Assembly (NCBI RefSeq): GCF_009914755.1
Contig: NC_060933.1
Length of the DNA stretch: 64,000 nt
Source: the human T2T-CHM13v2.0 reference genome, Homo sapiens
Reading direction: 5' to 3' (one strand)
Part shown: positions 1 to 48,203 of the stretch, one piece after another
Layout of the letters: each line of letters begins with the position of its first letter
Numbering within the stretch: position 1 is the first letter of the stretch
Made by a program: the position numbers and the translations under genes
Notes under the pieces: model-generated
Database searches by the model: none
What the model saw: only the letters and a program-made list of their open reading frames with translations
Told to the model about the DNA's origin: nothing

Positions 1-671
1 TGGGGACACCAAACCAGGACAGTGGCTGGAGTGTGGGGGTGAGAAGTGGGTATAAAGTGGAGAGGAGATGAGCTTGGTCTCTGCTCTGGTCTCAGCCTTT
101 ATGTACTGTCTTGGTGGGATGACCGTGGTTGGGTCCTGCCTCCAAGGGTATCCCAGAGGGTTCTAGAAACTCCCACATGGACAGGCACTTGAAGGATAGT
201 GCTGGTGATTGGGCAGGTGCCTGGATGGAGGTGAGGCCTAAAGCACACCCGGGGACAGAAGGCAGCACCCACACGGGAGCCCAGCTTCGTGCCAGGGACT
301 GTATTTTAGGTGCTGGATCTTGTTTAAATCTTCCGGCTGGCTATGATTATCCTCTAAGCTGGGGAAGGAAGAAAAGCATTCCAGTACTATACCTCTGTTT
401 GGGTTAAAGGAGGGGAAAGTATTTTAAATAAAACCTATTAGAGTTAAAAGGATGAGTAGCAATAAAAATATCTTTGAATCTCTGATGGTTCTATTGTAGT
501 CAAAAGTTTTAGATAAATTGTGAAGAATCTCTAATCATGCTATGTGGAGTTTTTCTCTTTTAAAAAATACAAGTTATTGTATATACTTAAGGTATATAAC
601 GTGATGTTATGAATACATTTAGATAGTAAAAAGGTTACTATAGTGCAGCAAATGAACATATTCATCATCTC

Positions 672-748
672 AGCTGGCACAAAAGTAATTGCAATTTTTG
701 CCATTACTTTCAATGACGAAAACTGCAATACTTTTGCACTGCACTAAT
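672..748. mobile_element. MADE1 (Hsmar1-derived MITE) inserted in an old L1 fragment
   Basis: ggcacaaaagtaattgcaatttttgccattactttcaatgacgaaaactgcaatacttttgcac matches the ~80-bp palindromic MADE1 consensus. Confidence 0.85.
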
Positions 749-829
749 AAAATCTGCTCATTTAGCATGAATCCCAAAATACAGTACAACTTATTCCCTA
801 TAGTCCTCATGTTGCACATTAGTGCTCTT

Positions 830-975
830 TTTTATTTTTAAATTTTTATTTTTGTTATTTTTAATATAGAGAGAGACAGGGTCTCACGACATTGTCCAGG
901 TTGGTCTTGAACTCTGGGGCTCAAGTGATCCTCCCTCCTCAGCCTCCCAAAGTGCTGGGATTACAGGCACAAGCT
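830..975 (-). mobile_element. FLAM / Alu monomer
   Basis: T-rich tail then gagacagggtctcac...cctcccaaagtgctgggattacaggc. Confidence 0.8.
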
Positions 976-1014
976 CTCTACACTTGTTCATTCCACGTAT
1001 CTGCTACCTTGCAC

Positions 1015-1402
1015 CCTCCATATCCTCATTCGTGGATTCAACCAACCACAGATCAGAAATATTAAAAAAAAATAAAAATTAAAAAAAGTAAAAATAATAC
1101 AAATTTTAAAAACAGTGCAGTGTAACAACTATTTACATAGTTTATTGTTACATAGAAATTTACATTTACATTTTTATGTAACAACTACAGTATAACAACT
1201 ATGTAAATAGCATTTACATTGTATTAGGTTTTATAAGTAATCTAGAGAGATTTAAAGTTTAATACATGGGAGAATATATGTAGGTTGTATGCAAATACTG
1301 TACTATGCCATTTTATATATTGGTGTACAGCATCTGCAGATTTTGGTATCTGAGGGAGGTCCTGGAACCAACTGATCCCGCGTGGATAGGGAGGGACAAC
1401 TA
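1015..1402 (-). mobile_element. MER2-family (TcMar-Tigger) DNA transposon relic
   Basis: gattttggtatc...ggtcctggaaccaa...ggatagggagggacaac and catttacattgtattagg...taagtaatctagaga are reverse-complement MER2 motifs. Confidence 0.7.
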
Positions 1403-1410
1403 TTCTCTGA

Positions 1411-1751
<341 letters not shown>

Positions 1752-1874
1752 TGATTTGTACTTGTATCAAGTTCTGGTGAGTCCGTGAGATAATATGGCC
1801 ATTCTATCCCTGTGGACACTGAAGCTCAGAGAGGTTGTGTCCCTTGCTCAGCATCACTCAGTTGTAAGTGCTAG

Positions 1875-2205
<331 letters not shown>

Positions 2206-3475
2206 CAAGAGCCCTTGTTCTTTTGGGTGAGGCAGAACAGGCAAAGTCAGAGAGGAGGGGAGGGGGTGTCATTAGGAGTCTCATGGAGGGGATTGGGTAG
2301 CAAGGCTGGCTCTGTAGGTGTTGGCTTGAGGCCCTCTCCTGAGATGCATCCCCATCCCTGGTACCAGCCTTGTTTGGAACCCTCCCTGTCTCCCTTGCTT
2401 TGTATGCAAAGACACAGAGGTAGAGGGCTAGGTATGAGGTAGGTATAGGGCAGGTATAGGGGCCAGTGAGCTGTATGTGTGTATAGGGTCTGGACACATG
2501 CTGTAGGTCATCTTTGGATGTTATGCTTACTGAGCACCTGCTGTGTGCCAAACACAGTGCCAGGGCTCCTTCAGTCCTACCAGACACCCCACCAGGTTGG
2601 CATCTTCACCTCATTTTACAGAGGAGGAAATTGAAGTGCCGCAGAAGGTGCCACTGGCTCAAGTTCCCTGGTGGTAGGGATTTGGGCTCTGTCCAGATTC
2701 ATCCCTGTACATTGCCTCATATTCCTTAGGTTGGAAGGTCACTTGTCCTCACCCTGTTGGTCATTTTTGGTATCTCCAGCCCACAGAGACTCCGCAGGCA
2801 CTCCTGGATCCCATTGTCTTTTCCCTCTTCCCCGCACCTGCCCCCTTTTGTCTTTCTCAGGGAGTTCTCCCTGCAGAGTGCCTTTGCGGGGCATGGTCCA
2901 CGGATCCCTCACATTTATGGTCTCATTTAATCGTCTCAACTAGCCTTCAAGAAAGGCACTTTGACCCCGATTTTCCACATCCAGACAATGGGCTCACACT
3001 TCCTGCCAGAGCCCAGCAAGGAGGAAATCTTGGCCATAGTTGGTATGGGAGGCTTGGGGACACAGAAGGGCTTTGTTTGAAGCCAGCAGCAGGAGGGATG
3101 TGGCACCATCATCTGATGTGCTGCATCATTCATTGTCCCCATCGGGAAGGTGGTTGGCCTGGGGAAGCTTCCAGCATTCCTGGTAGATCCCAGTGAAGGA
3201 TGAATCTGATCCCTAGGCAGGCAGGAGGGGACCCTGGCCAGATGCACAAACTTGTTTGCTTTTTGCTGTGTGTCTTTTAGCATCCTTGAGTCCCAGGGCC
3301 TGAAGGGTTCTTGGACATGGGCCGATTTTCCTGTCACCTATGTCCCCTCAACCTCATCACCACTGGGCAGCTCATTATCTCTCTGGAAAAGGGGAAGGAA
3401 ACCAGCATTTGTCTTTCCATTTTTTTTTTTTAAACTGTGGAAACATACACACATCATAAAATTTGCCATTTAATA

Positions 3476-3727
3476 GGCCGGGCGCGGTGGTTCACACCTG
3501 TAATCCTAGCACTCTGGGAGGCCGAGGAGGGCAGATCACTTGAGGTTAGGAGTTCGAGACCAGCCTGGCCAACGTGGTAAAACCCCGTCTCTACTAAAAA
3601 TACAAAAATTAGCCAGAAATCACTTGAACCTGGGAGGCGGAGGTGGCAGTGAGCCGAGATCATGCCGCTGCACTCCAGCCTGGGTGACAGAGCGAGACCC
3701 CATCTCAAAAAAAAAAAAAAAAAAGAA
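3476..3727 (+). mobile_element. Alu with ~50-bp internal deletion at the start of the right arm
   Basis: ggccgggcgcggtgg...aaaaattagccag|aaatcacttgaacc...poly-A. Confidence 0.92.
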
Positions 3728-6700
3728 AGGCATTTTTAACCCTATCTTACATGTAAGGAAATTGAGGCTCAGAGAGATAGAAACTTATCCAAGTCTCTCT
3801 TTTAACAATAAAAGCAGCCTCCTTTATATGTGCTTATTCTGTACCAAGCACTGTGCTAAGCCCCAAATGTTCTTTACCTTATTAAATTCACACAACTACC
3901 CTAGGAAAAAAGTATTATAATCCCCGTTTTATAGATGAGGAAACGGAGGCTCAGAGAGCCAAAACAACTTGCTCAAAGCCACACTGCTAATAAGTGATAG
4001 ACCGGGGACTTAAATGCAGGCATTTCTGGTGGGAGCTCTTTCCACGATCACATAACAGAAGGTTGCTCTCTGTTTTTCTCCCTCTTGGAAAGTCCTTCCT
4101 CTGCAGAGCAGGAAGCTGCCTCCTGTGGCTTCTCCTGCTCATTCTGGCTTGGGTTGGGGCATTGTAGACCCTGCCTTCCCCTGCAGCTCTGCAGAGCCTG
4201 TGACTCTCCAAAGTCTTCTGCTGGTTCCACGGTCCCAGCATCTGCAGCCAGGCCTCCCTGTCTTGTTGTGGATTTGCGTTTGTGCCTGGGCTTCCCAGGG
4301 GTGGGTGGTGGGGTGCTGAAGGGGCTAGGACAGTTATTTGCAGCCCTGGCTACTGAGCCACCACACCTCTCAGGGCCATTTCCTCCCCGAGAGAAGGGGA
4401 GACAGACTGCTGAAGTGGGTCCTAGCAAGAAGGGCCCAGAGCTCATACCCATGGCCAAATCTGGCTGCTTCCAGGACATGGGGTCAGGAAGTAGCAGGGC
4501 CAGGCCCCTCCAGATGTCCAGCCCTGGGTCCCAGCACTAGGTGGGGCTGGCTCCGGAAGCTGGGAAAGGACCATGGCTTTGGTCCCTGAGACAGTTGGTC
4601 TCCTGGAGTTGGCTTCAGCCAAGCCCCGCTGGCCATCTCCCCAACAGCTGGCCACTCCCAGGATGGACTTGGCCAAAGCAGAAGGCCAGCCAGCCCCGAT
4701 GGGGAGCACTGCTGTGTCATGGAGACCCAGGCCTCAGTTCTGGCCTGGTTGTTGAGAGACCTGAGTTCTAGATCTACTCTGCCAGGCACTTGTTTGACTT
4801 TGTGACCCTGAAAAGTCACCCTCTTGTTCTTGGTGTGATCATCTACAAAAGAGAAGACAGACTAATGAACACTGCTGCTAATAAGTCCTGCTCTGAACAA
4901 CATACTCCAACAGTCTCACTTCTGTTCCCCCAAAAGTCCTGCAACTGGGCATCACTGTCCCTGTTTACAGATGAGTGACCTGAGGCTCAGAGAGGGAAGG
5001 TAACTTGCTCTGCCTTACACAGCCCAGACCTGAACTCTAGCGTCTCACCGTGAAATCTGTAACGTTTCTCCCGCACCATCACATACCGAAGGCAGGCGTC
5101 TGTGCAGAAAACAGGCTGCTCAGAAAGAAGAGTGCTTACTTTTGGCGAGCTCCTGTGCGTCACATCCTGGGCTTCCTCACTGCTCCATGCTCTAGGTACC
5201 ATTCTCCCCCTTTTAGAGATGAGGAAACTGAGGTCTGGATTGCAGAAGCTGAGTCCAGATTCGCAAACCTGTCCACAGGGCTTGCCGGAACTTTTCCAGG
5301 CCCTGTTCAGTTCCACTGGGTTTCATAACTGGCTTCTCTGTTTACTGACCATTGTCCCAATTAGCAAAATCCCTGGTCAGAAGGGCGGGTGCTCCTAGGA
5401 GGACCCAGAGAACAGCAGTGAGCCAAAAAGTAAATAGACTCCAAGAGAGGGCTTTCCATGAGTGGCTGGCTGCCTGGAAAATCAAGAACAACAGTGTTTG
5501 GAGTGAAGAGAAAAGAACAGGGTGGTGTCTTCCAGGCCCAGCCAAGGCCTTTTTGTACACTGTGGCTGGGGATGGAAGGGGCGGGGGAGGCCACCTCCTC
5601 TGGTCTCTGGTAGGGGGTCCCGCAGACATACAGAGACCAAGGTTACAGAGGAAAGGAGGGCCCAGAGCTGGTTGTGTTGTGGAGGTCCTGGGTCAACTAC
5701 AGGGGAGGGAGGGGTCCCCCAGGGGGACATGGGCTGTACAGCCCCCATCCTGTGGCAGACACAGAGAATCTGCCTACTGTGTGCCTGGAGCTGGGCAGGA
5801 TCCAGGAATAGCCGAGATCAGAGGTCAAGGAGATCTCCGAGGTGCACAGAAGCAGAGACCAGGACATGCTCATGTACTGAGTTGGTAGCAGAAGGGCTGC
5901 CTCCAAATCAAAGAAACCATGCCAGACCTGAGTGCCATGTGGCTCAGAGGGCAGGTGCCACAGCCAGTCCTGCACTAAATGGCCACAGCCTGGGGATCTT
6001 CCAGGCCTTTGGCCTGGGCAGTCACATCAGGTGTGTGAAAGGCTAGAGGGCTTTCCCGGTGTCACCTCCTGCCCTGGCCTGGGAAGTGTCGTGGGGACAG
6101 CTGCTCCGGAGACTCCTGGCTGCCAGGCTTGACTTGGGCTTGATTGATTTAGCCTGTTACCTGGAAAGGGCACTGCTGCTCCCTGCCCAGGTCAGGTGGT
6201 GCTAGGAGCTCCTGCTTGGTCTCCGCAGACAGAGCCTGGGCTCTGAAGCCAGTCAGACTTGTGTTTGAATCTTGGCAACACCTCTTTCCAGTTGAGTGAC
6301 TTGAACCTCCCTGAGTCTCAGTTTCCCAGGCTGGGCCCAGAGGTGAGGTGGCATGCTGCTATCAGTGACTGCAGTGCCTCCTTCCTCAAGTCAGGGGCTG
6401 TGGACTGTCTGATCCAGAACGGCCTGCAGAGGTGACCTGGCCGAATGTACCCATTTTACAGATGGAACCCTGAAGCTCAGAGACTTGTAGGTCCTGGATT
6501 TGGTTGTACAACCAGTATCTGGTACTGCTTGGGCTAGGAAAGAGGCTTCGAGTCAGAGCATCAGGCCCTACCCTGTATTTTGCATATGAAGACACTGAAA
6601 CCCAGAAAGGTACAGTGACTTGCCCAAGGTCACCAGGAAGTCAGTGTCAGAGCCAGCCCTAGCACTCGGGCCTCTTCCTTTCCACCTAGGGGTCCTTCTC

Positions 6701-9471
6701 TTGTACCTGAATTCCCCCATTCCCTTGAACTCATACATCTTCTTCCAGGCTGGAAGCAGAGTAAGACAATGTTGCCCCCATCATGGTCTCCACTCATCAG
6801 TGCCCTGTAGCAAGGGCTCCAGGGTCTGTAGTGAGGGCTCCCAGAGGGCAAGGGTGGGGTCTGTTCACCAGCTCTCCTGTGCCAAGGGCCTGGGCTCCAG
6901 AGCTATATGGCAGGCAAAGCTGCAGGCCCTTTGTGATCATTAACGTGGTCCCTGGGTTGATGGCCAGTGGCCTCTGGGGCCAAGGTCAAGCCACAGCAGC
7001 CCCTCTATTAATCACCAACTATGCAGGTCAGAGTCACACTGCTCTGGAAGGGGCCCCTCAGCTGGGCAGTTGCTGGCCCAGGTTCAGTCTGGGGGCTGGG
7101 CAGCTAAGAAAATTTCTTCCTACTTGTTTGAATTTTCCAAATTGTCTAATGAGCAGGCATCACTATAAGCATATTTTAAAAGGGATTGTTTCTGGATTTG
7201 TGTTTTATAAAAGAACAAAACTATATTGGATATACACTTGTAAAGTTTCAAATGCTACGGCAATGCTTTTACAATTTTTTCGGCTAGTATATTAAGGTAT
7301 AATTTACATATCATAGTGATTCACACACTAAGTATACCTATAGTTCTATGAATTTTAGTAGATTTAATTGGTTATATAATCTTCACCATAATCTAGTATT
7401 AGAATATTTTTATCACCCCGAAAAGTTCCCTCATGCCAACTGCAGTGATCTAGGCACTTCCTCCAGCCTCAGGCAGCCACGGCAATGTTTGAGGATGAAA
7501 TTCTCCTCCTTCTTCCCTTTCCAGCAAACGGCCTTAACAGTTTGGTGCTTACCCTCTGATTTTTTAAGGGTATATGCAAAAACAGGCACCATTGTAAAAA
7601 GGAGAAGAGGAGATATACTATAGCCATTGTTGTGCAATTGCTTTCTGCACTTGGAGATCTCCCTGTGTTTATTGAGTGCCTACTATATGCCAGGCACAAT
7701 CAGACGTAGCTCATTCTTTTTTCACAGCTGCATAGTGTCTATTGTAATGGTGGCTCCATCATTTATTTAACCAGGACTTTTGGGTCCTTTCCAGTTTTCT
7801 TCAAACAATGCTTCAGTGAACATCCTTGCACATATATTTTTGTGTTTGTTGGTAAGTAATTCTGTAGAAAGTGGAACTGTTGTTGCGTTGTGTGTTTTGA
7901 GTTTGGATAAATTTTTTATCTAGAGAGGTGAAACTGGTTTATGCTTCCATTAAGAGCCTATGGGAGCTGTGGGGTTTTTTATAATATCATCCTCCAAATG
8001 GCTAGGGGGAAGGGAGAGCTCTCTGAATTTAGGCCAGAGCTGGCCCACTGCAGGCTGGGCAGGCCCAGGCCTGGACTTGGAGCCCGGAGAACTCAGGTAT
8101 CCCTCTGGGGCCCCCCACAGACACCGAGACAAAGTTCAGACTCTTCAGTGTGGCACACAGGCCTCGGTGACCCCTGCTGCCCTCTGCAGCCTCCTCTGCT
8201 CTTGCTCCCTGTGTTTCATACTGGACCCCTGGTAATTCACTGGATATGGTTATGTTTGCCTGCCCTTTGCCTATGCGTCCCCTCCCCCTGGAATGTCTTT
8301 TCTTCTTAATCTCCGTCCTCCCTGTCCTTCAAGGCCTGGGTCACAAGTCCCTTTCTCCACGAAGCCTTCTTATAATCTCTCCAGCCTGAATTGTCTTCTC
8401 TGTGTTCCTTTAGTCTTTTATCTGAACCATATCCCCCCTTAGGTGGGAGCAAGTTGTGGGTGGGAGAGGGCAAACTTCAGCCTCATTAGATAGAGGCTGG
8501 ACTTCCGGAAGAGCTGGGAAGGGGGACCATAGTTTCTGGGGAGGGGTGGAGAACTCACATTTACCTAGCTGCTGGCCAGGCTATTTTCATACCCACAGAC
8601 CGATTTAATCCTCAACTACTGTACTCATTTAGTAGATGAGAAGAATGAGACATTGAAAACATGCACAGTGGAGGTGGGAATGAAAGCCAGCTCTCCAACT
8701 CTCCAGTCCTCTTTCCTGTCACTGCATCAGGCTGCAGGGTGAAGGGGAGGTCTGGGATACAAAGAGAACTTAGAGGTGGAGCAGTTGGATTCTGTGCAGT
8801 GCTAGGAGGGAGGAGAGGGGTTGGAGTAGGTGGGAAGTAGGCCTCCTTCAGTTTGGATAGCACTTCCCTTAACCCAATGACTCTAGTGGGAGGGTGGAGG
8901 GATGGGGATGGGAAGGGAGCCTGGGAGTGAGGAGGAAAGGCAAACTCTGTCTTCCCCCAGGGGAGTCAATGAATAGTACCTAAAATGGAAACCAAACAAA
9001 ACAACTTCAGGAAGTAACAAGGGCTTGCTTAGAGACATGACGGTAAACCCTGAACCATCAGCTAAAAGAGGTAGATAGCAGTGGTTGCCCCTGGGGAGAG
9101 GTAAATGTGATGGAGAGGGAACAACTGTGTACAAACATGTGACTTTACGTTTTGATCAAAATAAGACTTTTAAAAAACAAACACTTTTTAAAAAGAAGGA
9201 AAGAAAAGTAGGAGGGGCTATCCCAGGAGCTGAGCGTTCTGCCCCGCCCCTCTGAGTCCTGCCGGCTTCACCTGCCCACGGGAGCCGGGTCCCCTGCCCT
9301 GCTGCGGCGCATGCTGCCTGGTGGGGGTTCTGCCCAGGCCCACTACGGCCTGAGTTCAAATCCCGGCAGCACCATTTACAAGCTGTGTGCAAGTTGCTTC
9401 ACCACTCTGCGCTGTTCCCCCCTCTGTAAAATGGGTTGGCCGTTGTACCCTCTCTGAAAAGGATGTGCTGA

Positions 9472-42613
<33,142 letters not shown>

Positions 42614-42709
42614 GGAGGGGCAGGGCCCACCCATGTCACCGGTCAGTGCCTTTTGGAACTGTCCTTCCCTCAAAGAGGCCTTAGAGCGAGCAGAGCAGCT
42701 CTGCTATGA

Positions 42710-42749
42710 GTGTGTGTGTGTGTGTGTGTTGTTTCTTTTTTTTTTTTTT
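42710..42749 (+). repeat. (GT)~10 plus T-run in the GSN 3' UTR
   Basis: Direct reading. Confidence 0.95.
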
Positions 42750-42830
42750 ACAGTATCCAAAAATAGCCCTGCAAAAATTCAGAGTCCTTGCAAAATTGTC
42801 TAAAATGTCAGTGTTTGGGAAATTAAATCC

Positions 42831-42836
42831 AATAAA
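42831..42836 (+). terminator. GSN: GSN polyadenylation signal AATAAA (variant ATTAAA at 42822-42827)
   Basis: ~220 nt after the stop codon, followed by GT/T-rich downstream sequence. Confidence 0.85.
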
Positions 42837-43092
42837 AACATTTTGAAGTGTGTACTCTAGTGTGGCTCGTTTCCTTGTGCCCATCTGACAGTGAGAGCCG
42901 GCGTCTTCTCTGCCTGTGTCCCTGGTAATTCTGAGAATGGCCAGAGAGGTGCCTAGCATTTGCCTGTAAACTAGTAGAAAGGCTACATCCACCCTGTGCG
43001 TGCATCCTGGTGCCCTGAGAGGCGATGCCACAGTGAGTTGAGAGGTGTGTAGATTGTCCTGGGGGATACCTATGCTAAAGGAAATAAGGAGG

Positions 43093-43444
<352 letters not shown>

Positions 43445-43589
43445 CTAGGTGGAGAAAAAAGGGAGAGAAGGTTGTGCGGAAGTGTCTTAGTGGTCATTTA
43501 TTTAATCCAGGAAGATTTGGCAAAGCTTGTCGGCAGTCCCAAAGCCAAATTCAGTGTTCTTTTTAAATTTAATGGTATAGTCCCATTTT

Positions 43590-44070
43590 TGTTGTTTTTT
43601 ATTGTGGCAAACTGTACGTAACACAGTATTTATTTTAACCACTTGTATGTATTTCAGTAACATTGCATATACAGTGTTATGTAGCCATCACCACTCTCTG
43701 TACCCAAAACTTTTTGATAATCCCCAATATAAATGCTCTGCCCATTAAATACCAATTCCCCATTCTTCCCTATTCGCCAGCCCCTGGTAACCTGTATTTT
43801 ACTTTCAGTCTCAGAATTTGACTATTCCAGGGACCTCATATAAGTGGAATCATACAACATTTGTCCTCTGTGTGTGGCTTATTTCACTTAGCAGAATGTT
43901 TTCAAGACTCATCTGTGTTGTAGCATATATCAACTTTTCACTCCTTTTTGTGGCTGAGTAATATTCTACTGCATGTCTATACCACATCTGGTTTATTCAG
44001 CCATCAATGGACTCTTTGTTATTTGTGCCTTTTGGCTATTGTGCATAAGGCTGCTATGAACATGAGCATC
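43590..44070 (-). mobile_element. L1MB-like 3' fragment
   Basis: cagcccctggtaacc, cctcatataagtggaatcataca, ggcttatttcacttagca motifs. Confidence 0.75.
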
Positions 44071-44774
44071 TGTTCAATTCAAAGTGTTCTTGAGCCAGAG
44101 TCAAAGTCAGCCAGCAAAGGAATTGTGTGTCTCTTGTAAGCAGGCGTGCCTTATCTGCCCCCTGCACTCAGTCTTTGGGAGGCCTGGCCTTGGGACACAT
44201 GTGGGATGAAGTTCAAAGCCAGCAGTCGGAGCCCTTATCAATTATATGCCCTGCAGTAGAAAGCGGGCAGGGTGCATCCTCATAGCTGCCACATCCTGTA
44301 GCAGCTGCTTGGACCTTCCCTGCTGCCTCTGTTTCCCACAGATTCATTCTGCTGCCCCAAAGCTATGTGGAGAAATAACTGCAGCAGCTGCCAGCACAGG
44401 AGCTGCCCCCGGATGCTCTCAAAGTTTGCGGTCTTCAGGGTATGGGAAAGGGACTCTTCTGTGCCTTCTTGGTCCCCTGGGTCCTGACTCTCCACTCATG
44501 CTCAGCATGTCACACAGTCCCTCTTGGATATTTCTATGTTGTTTCATAATCTTTTCTCCTGGGAGACTAAACCAGTCCAAGAAACCTGCTGGAGGACATT
44601 CCCCAGTCCTCCCGCTCTGTCCTTTTGGTCTCTTCTCACCTTGTTTTCCCCCCGTCTTGTTCTGTGTCACCTCCCACCACCACTCCATCCCCATTGAGTT
44701 ATGATGTGAAAGCTCGCAAGCATATGACTGTAAAAGAACAGAAACCAGCATGAGGGCTTAAATGATGGGCAGGC

Positions 44775-44775
44775 T

Positions 44776-44813
<38 letters not shown>
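44775..44813 (+). repeat. (TG)n microsatellite (~15 perfect units)
   Basis: Direct reading. Confidence 0.95.
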
Positions 44814-44815
<2 letters not shown>

Positions 44816-46039
44816 ACACTGTTGTCTCCAAAGCTGGCTGATCACCCAAATTGCCCAGGGAACTTTTTAAAAGCATGGATTCCCCAAGGGCCATTCCTCC
44901 AGAGATTCTGATTCATCGCAGAAGTGTCGAGGGTAGTGGAGAAGAAATTTTCTGGATGAAACGTGGAGGGAAGATGAAGTCACTTTCAGGCAGAGGGTGC
45001 AGCTAGTACAGGCAGGGGGCTGTGAGGGGAACAGCGTGCTCAGGGACAGACAGCAGCCTGGAGTGGCAGGCCTCTGAGCTGAGAAGCAGGCTGGGGCTTT
45101 GAATGCCATACCAAGGGTTTGGACTTGATCCCATAACGCTTGCCTTGCCTACCCCCAAAGGTTTGCTTTCATGGTCAAAGCAATCAACTTGACAAAGTCC
45201 TGGTACAGAAGTGGCATTTACCACCCAAAGCTTCTAGGGCTTTCACGAGAGGCAGGTAGAGGCCTGTCTAGACAGAGCTAGCTTACTTCCTAGAAATTAG
45301 TGGGAGGTAAAATTTCAGGTAGACCTGCCCATTAATTCTTCATTTCAGTTTATACCAGCATTCAAGGGTATGGCTGTGGCCTCAAAAGAGAGTTGTGCAA
45401 TGCTCTGAGAAAGAAAATAGCCTGGGGCCACTGAGATGCTGCCTTCTTATTTTTCTCTCAAAGGCAGAAAAGCCAATCAGGAGCACTATCACTTCAACCG
45501 CACATTTTATCTTTCTAAAGTTGCAGACGTCATCGTCTCCTACAATGGAAAAATCATCGTGAAATAATGAGACAGATGCCAGAGGGACAACGCTAGGCTT
45601 GGATCTTGTGTCCAATCTTGGGCAATTCAGTTGAACAGATATTTTGTACTTACTTTGTGCAAGGCATTATAGATATAATACTTAAACTTTTGGAGCCTCA
45701 AGTTACCCACCTGCAAAATGGTAATGTTGTATTAATACCTAGCTGGAGGTGGTATAATACAGTGGCTAATAGCTGGCTTTTGGAGTCAGACCTCAGTTCA
45801 AATCTAGCTCTACCACTCATTAGCAGTGTGATCTTAAGTTCTTTGCCATTTCCTTAGCTGAAAAATGAGAATAAGAACAGTGTCACCCCACTTAGAATTC
45901 TCATGAGGATTAAGGGAGGTAATGCTTAGCACAATGTCTGGCCTATAGTAAGTGCTCGAAAATGGTTAAAAATAATGAAAGCACCTAGGCCACAGCAGAA
46001 CCTAGTATTCAACCACGGAGGCAAAGGCCCAATGTACTG

Positions 46040-46570
46040 TGGATCAGAAAGGATGTTTTTGGCTGTAAGCAGTGGAGGGCTAACTCAAACCAAATTAAAC
46101 TGTAAGCACACTTATGTGCTCTCATACATAATCAGTTCAGAGTTGAGGGGGACTTCATGGTTGACTAAACGTAGTGGGCCTGAGTTTCCTGCTCATTCTC
46201 TTGGCCCTTGCTAGTCTGGTAGTAAAATATCTGTAGGTGTTCTGGTTGCTCCACACCCATGAACAGCAATGCCCAGAGGAAAAGAGGACTGTTTCTAGAA
46301 AAGTTTTCAGAAAAGGGAGGAGGAACTGCTCCCAAGACCACGGAAAACCTTTCCTCAGGTCTCAAGAATCCATATTGGGTCACATAATCATTCCTGATGG
46401 AATCATGGGCTAGAAGGATGGAATTATTCATAGGCCAGTTAGGTTCATCCTAGCAGGTGGGGGTGAATTCTTCTCCTGAGGTCAGAGCGCTCAGGGGGAG
46501 GTATCTGAACAAAGTCATGGCTCCTAGGAAGGAGGGAGGAGATAAATGGATGCTGGGTAGACCGCCATTT
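46040..46570. mobile_element. Probable MLT1 (ERVL-MaLR) solo LTR relic
   Basis: ttggctgtaagcagt...ctaactcaaac and cattgggtcacat...cctga...aatca motifs resembling MLT1J/K. Confidence 0.45.
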
Positions 46571-47893
46571 TGTTGGAGACTTCTGGGGGCCAGATGCGGA
46601 AAATTAAAAGTAATGGCTCCTTACAGTTCTGTGGCATCCAGTAATTAATTTTCAGACTGTTCAATTTCCAGTCATTTTCCCCCGGAATCTTTTAGGGAAG
46701 ATTTGCAGCCTGCATTATGATTACTATGTTTCTAGAGTTTATTGTAAAACCACAGTTTTAACAGCGGCTTCAATTTCCTTTCTCACTAAACTCTTCTGGC
46801 TACAGGGTAGATTGAAAGGGGCTGTATCCTATTAGCCAGTGTGACTGGTTTAGGCAAATCCTAGCTTGATCTGAGCCTGGGTCTGCTGTAGACCTGATGT
46901 TAACAACATCACAGGAAGAGATCATCACTAATATCCCCGGAGATTTTCCTGTGGCCTGGTCAACACAGCCAAATGAGATTATGCATGGACATGAAAAAAG
47001 CTGTGTAAAGTGTCTTGCACAGTGCTGGCATTCAACCGTGGTTCCTTTTGCCTTCTTCTTGGTTCCTATAAAGTAAAAACTCTTCAGGTAACTGCATAGC
47101 TGTGTAGTTGGATCTTAGACATGATCTAGCCCAGGATTTCTTAAGTCTTTGGATAGGTTTGGGAGTGGGGCCAGTGTACCCCCAAAGCATCCAAATTTGT
47201 GTTGTGCACACTATGTGCAGTTTTCAGACGAAGCTCTGTAGCTTCCAACACATTCTCAAAAGGTCTGAGACCCAAACAGCTGGACTATAATCTCCCTGTT
47301 TTACAGGTGAGGAAAATGAGGCTGAGAGAACATATGACTTATCCAAGGTCACATTATAAAGTGGATGCTATAGCAAGGAAAGCACTCCAGAGCAGTGATT
47401 TTCAAACAGAAATATGTAGAATTCTATGAGGTGCTTCTGTGATTTTGTAAATATTAGATTCAAATTCCATGTTTAAAGTGGTAATAAAAACAGACAAGCA
47501 AAATGGAGAAATCGAATGTAGACTCTGAATATAAGATTGGAACTCTTTCGTAACTCTAATATTGTTTTTCAAAACAGCCTCATTGTTCTCATTGAGTTAC
47601 TTTATATTCAGTAAATGTTATAAATGTGAACTCAAGAATTTATCCTGGCAAAAGACACCGTAAACCTTTTACTGATGCAGTTACCTTTGAAAAAAGGGGT
47701 TTGCTGCTGAAAGTAAGAGGAAGAGGCACTTGATTCACTATTTACTAGCCAAGTAACTGTGAGAGCAGGTTTGTGAGTATCACAAGAAATGATATATTTT
47801 AAAATGCTACATAAGCTGAGAGTCTATGGAACACTGGTTTCCTCCTGCTCAGGACAGTGTGTTATGACATTTGTGGTTACAAATGCCCAATCG

Positions 47894-48203
<310 letters not shown>

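Noticed and set aside
4048-6046. Cluster of 140-180 aa overlapping ORFs
   Set aside because: GC-rich intronic sequence with MIR fragments, mostly non-ATG starts and no recognisable domains.
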